From assembly GCA_965153455.1 (NCBI GenBank), contig OZ234494.1, forward strand, positions 124,001-188,000: DNA of 64,000 nt, in the 5' to 3' direction. This DNA comes from Sphagnum compactum. Its lineage: Eukaryota. Shown here one piece after another: positions 61,920-64,000 of this stretch (positions within the stretch are counted from its first letter, which is position 1; each line of letters opens with the position of its first letter). Position numbers and translations under genes: made by a program. Below the pieces are notes generated by a model. The model was not told the DNA's origin. It searched no databases and saw nothing but the letters and a program-made list of their open reading frames with translations.

Positions 61920-64000
61920 TAGTTATGTTGGGGAGCAAATGTGGCTTACTGTGGGGATTTGTGTTTGGAATTTTTTTTTCCAGTTATCTTTGTGCTTTCA
62001 GTTTTTTTGCTTCAATTCTGGATTTCGATCAACCCCAATCCTCCGTTTGTTACTGTTCTCAATACCAGATGCAATGAGCCTGTTTTATAGTGAATGCAAG
62101 ATGCTTCTTCTCTTCTCTTCTCTTCTCACTTGAATGGCAATACTCCCAATGTGAACTTCACATTCATGGTTTGGGTGTCAACATAGGGATATTGTCTAGA
62201 GTTCCATTGACATTTCTAGTAATTTTGTTTTTGGTTTTGATGCAGACTGGAATTAGAGGTGTTGCTAAAACCAATCACATCTGCCAAAGAAATCCCAGGT
62301 AAATAGATGGAATTGTTAAGAAAATGAGAGCAAAAGCATCAATCTGATCACTACTTGCATGTAAGGAAGGAATAGGCTCCTAGGTCTATGGCTTGTCTTG
62401 CTTACTTTTCAACTGTGTATGCAATTCTTTCTGCTGGTGTGCTTACAGTAAAGTGTTGAAATTTTGGGTTGGGTTCAAAATTTGTGTGCATGGGACATAC
62501 ACAAAAGTCGTGGATCAAATATGGGAGCAAGGACTAAAGCAAATGAAGCGCAACCATATTCATTTTGCTACTGGTTTGCCAGAAGATAATGGTGTCATTA
62601 GTGGTATGTTCTAGTTATATTCTTGCTAACGTTTTCTGCTTCCATGTTTGTATTCCTCACAAGTGATGGGTATTGTTTGAATTGAAATTGCATTCCAGTC
62701 TTGGTCAGCTACTGGTCTAAAGTTGATGAATGGTCCATGTTGTTTTGGGGATCTGAGGATGGCAAACGACCCCTCTTTGTGGTGGCAGGTGGTGAGCACA
62801 TAGTGGCTCTATTTGACCAAGTTCCAGGCAATCAAAGCATTGTCCAGTCCTATTTGCATCTGAAGGCTGGTCCTAAGCGAATATTCAGTTGCACCTGCTG
62901 GTTGCATGATTCTGTTCTTTTTTTAGGTCATTTTATGACTAACATGGCATGCACATTAACTGTCATGGCCAATTATAGCCTCCAAGAAGGAATGCCTATG
63001 GAGGTCGATTTGGAAATAGACTTAAACCACTTTTGCTTTGCCGTCACTAGTGGATTTGGTCCAGGTGGTCACGCTGCTTTTGTTTTTGACTTTGGAAAGC
63101 GAGAAAATAAATACATATATACATAAAAAAAAACGAAAGGGAAATGGGGCTGCCCTAGTGGTAATGCCATTTTCCTTGCTTGCCTCCTACAATCTTTGTT
63201 TCCTTTTTTTTCATAAACAAAACATTTCCATCCACACCTTGGGTACATAGGCCCCACTAAGATTTAAATCCTCAAAGAATGTTGTGAACACAAACCAAAA
63301 TAAAAAAATAATACCCCACCACTTGGCCTTCAAAAAATAATTGCAATGTAAAACATAAATTACAAAACCTAGTGCTTATAAAACTAAATCTAGTTACAAC
63401 ACAAAACTAAATATCACTTTTGGTGATTCAAAAATATATACTCACTTATAATGCACAAGAATTCAAGCCCAAACACAATGTTCATATAAATTATGACATG
63501 CATAAACACACAACAATTGTAAAAAAAAAAAGGGCCAAAATGTTGAAATCTCAAATCATTGAAAGAGGTTTTGATCCCCCTTAATAAAATAATAAAAACT
63601 TGTTCACACCAAAATTGGTTCTTTAATAATCAACAATAAACCAAAGGAATTAAATTAACCCAACCGAACACCGAATTGACTATGACTTATTTAAATAAGT
63701 CACATGACACACATAATATTATTTTTTCCTTAGGATAAATTTAAGTTTTAAAAAACAAATTGCATTGTCCATTTTGATATCTTGGATGTTGGAACTAGAC
63801 CCATATTTGAAATAAATAAAAATTAGAACTAAACCTAGACCATTCCTTTAAAAATGTTAGGAACTAGAACCAAGGGTTCCCCCTAAAACCAAGGAACTAG
63901 CCAAGATTGGTTTTAAACATTTGAAGGTGTTTTCCAAAGTTTTGCAATTACACAAGATAATTGTGTGATGAACATGATATTCACATTATGATTTTAGCAT

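Noticed and set aside
62701-63126. 141-aa ORF
   Set aside because: TTG start and no recognisable family, so I cannot support a call.

Overview
Eukaryotic, intron-containing, repeat-rich plant genomic DNA. It is most likely a moss (inferred from a spliced nuclear MurA exon, iMet-primed chromoviruses and Sphagnum-like LTR termini). Most of the window is nested transposons and broken genes: two L1 LINEs, one two-LTR Ty3/Gypsy chromovirus, two solo LTRs, Helitron-like elements and a Tc1/mariner MITE, plus orphan or pseudogenised exons of MurA, FKBP16-3, RAPTOR, DUF760, a purple acid phosphatase and a PDR ABC transporter. Two things stand out. (1) The only apparently intact host gene is a 6-exon, ~1718-aa ORF (49316-55622). 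It joins a long alpha-helical N-terminus, a caspase-like CHAT protease domain with His and Cys retained, a Ser/Gly/Asp-rich linker, and a beta-rich C-terminal domain with a Ser/Thr-flanked amphipathic hairpin resembling beta-pore-forming toxins. This is a candidate one-gene protease-gated pore/cell-death module. (2) A GC-rich, fungal-like DUF3505 / tyrosine-recombinase-like / RecQ (telomere-linked-helicase type) gene is split into 5' (15282-17920) and 3' (2592-3250) pieces around a TSD-less, probably recombinant LTR element. All assignments come from manual reading and remembered motifs; no database searches were run.
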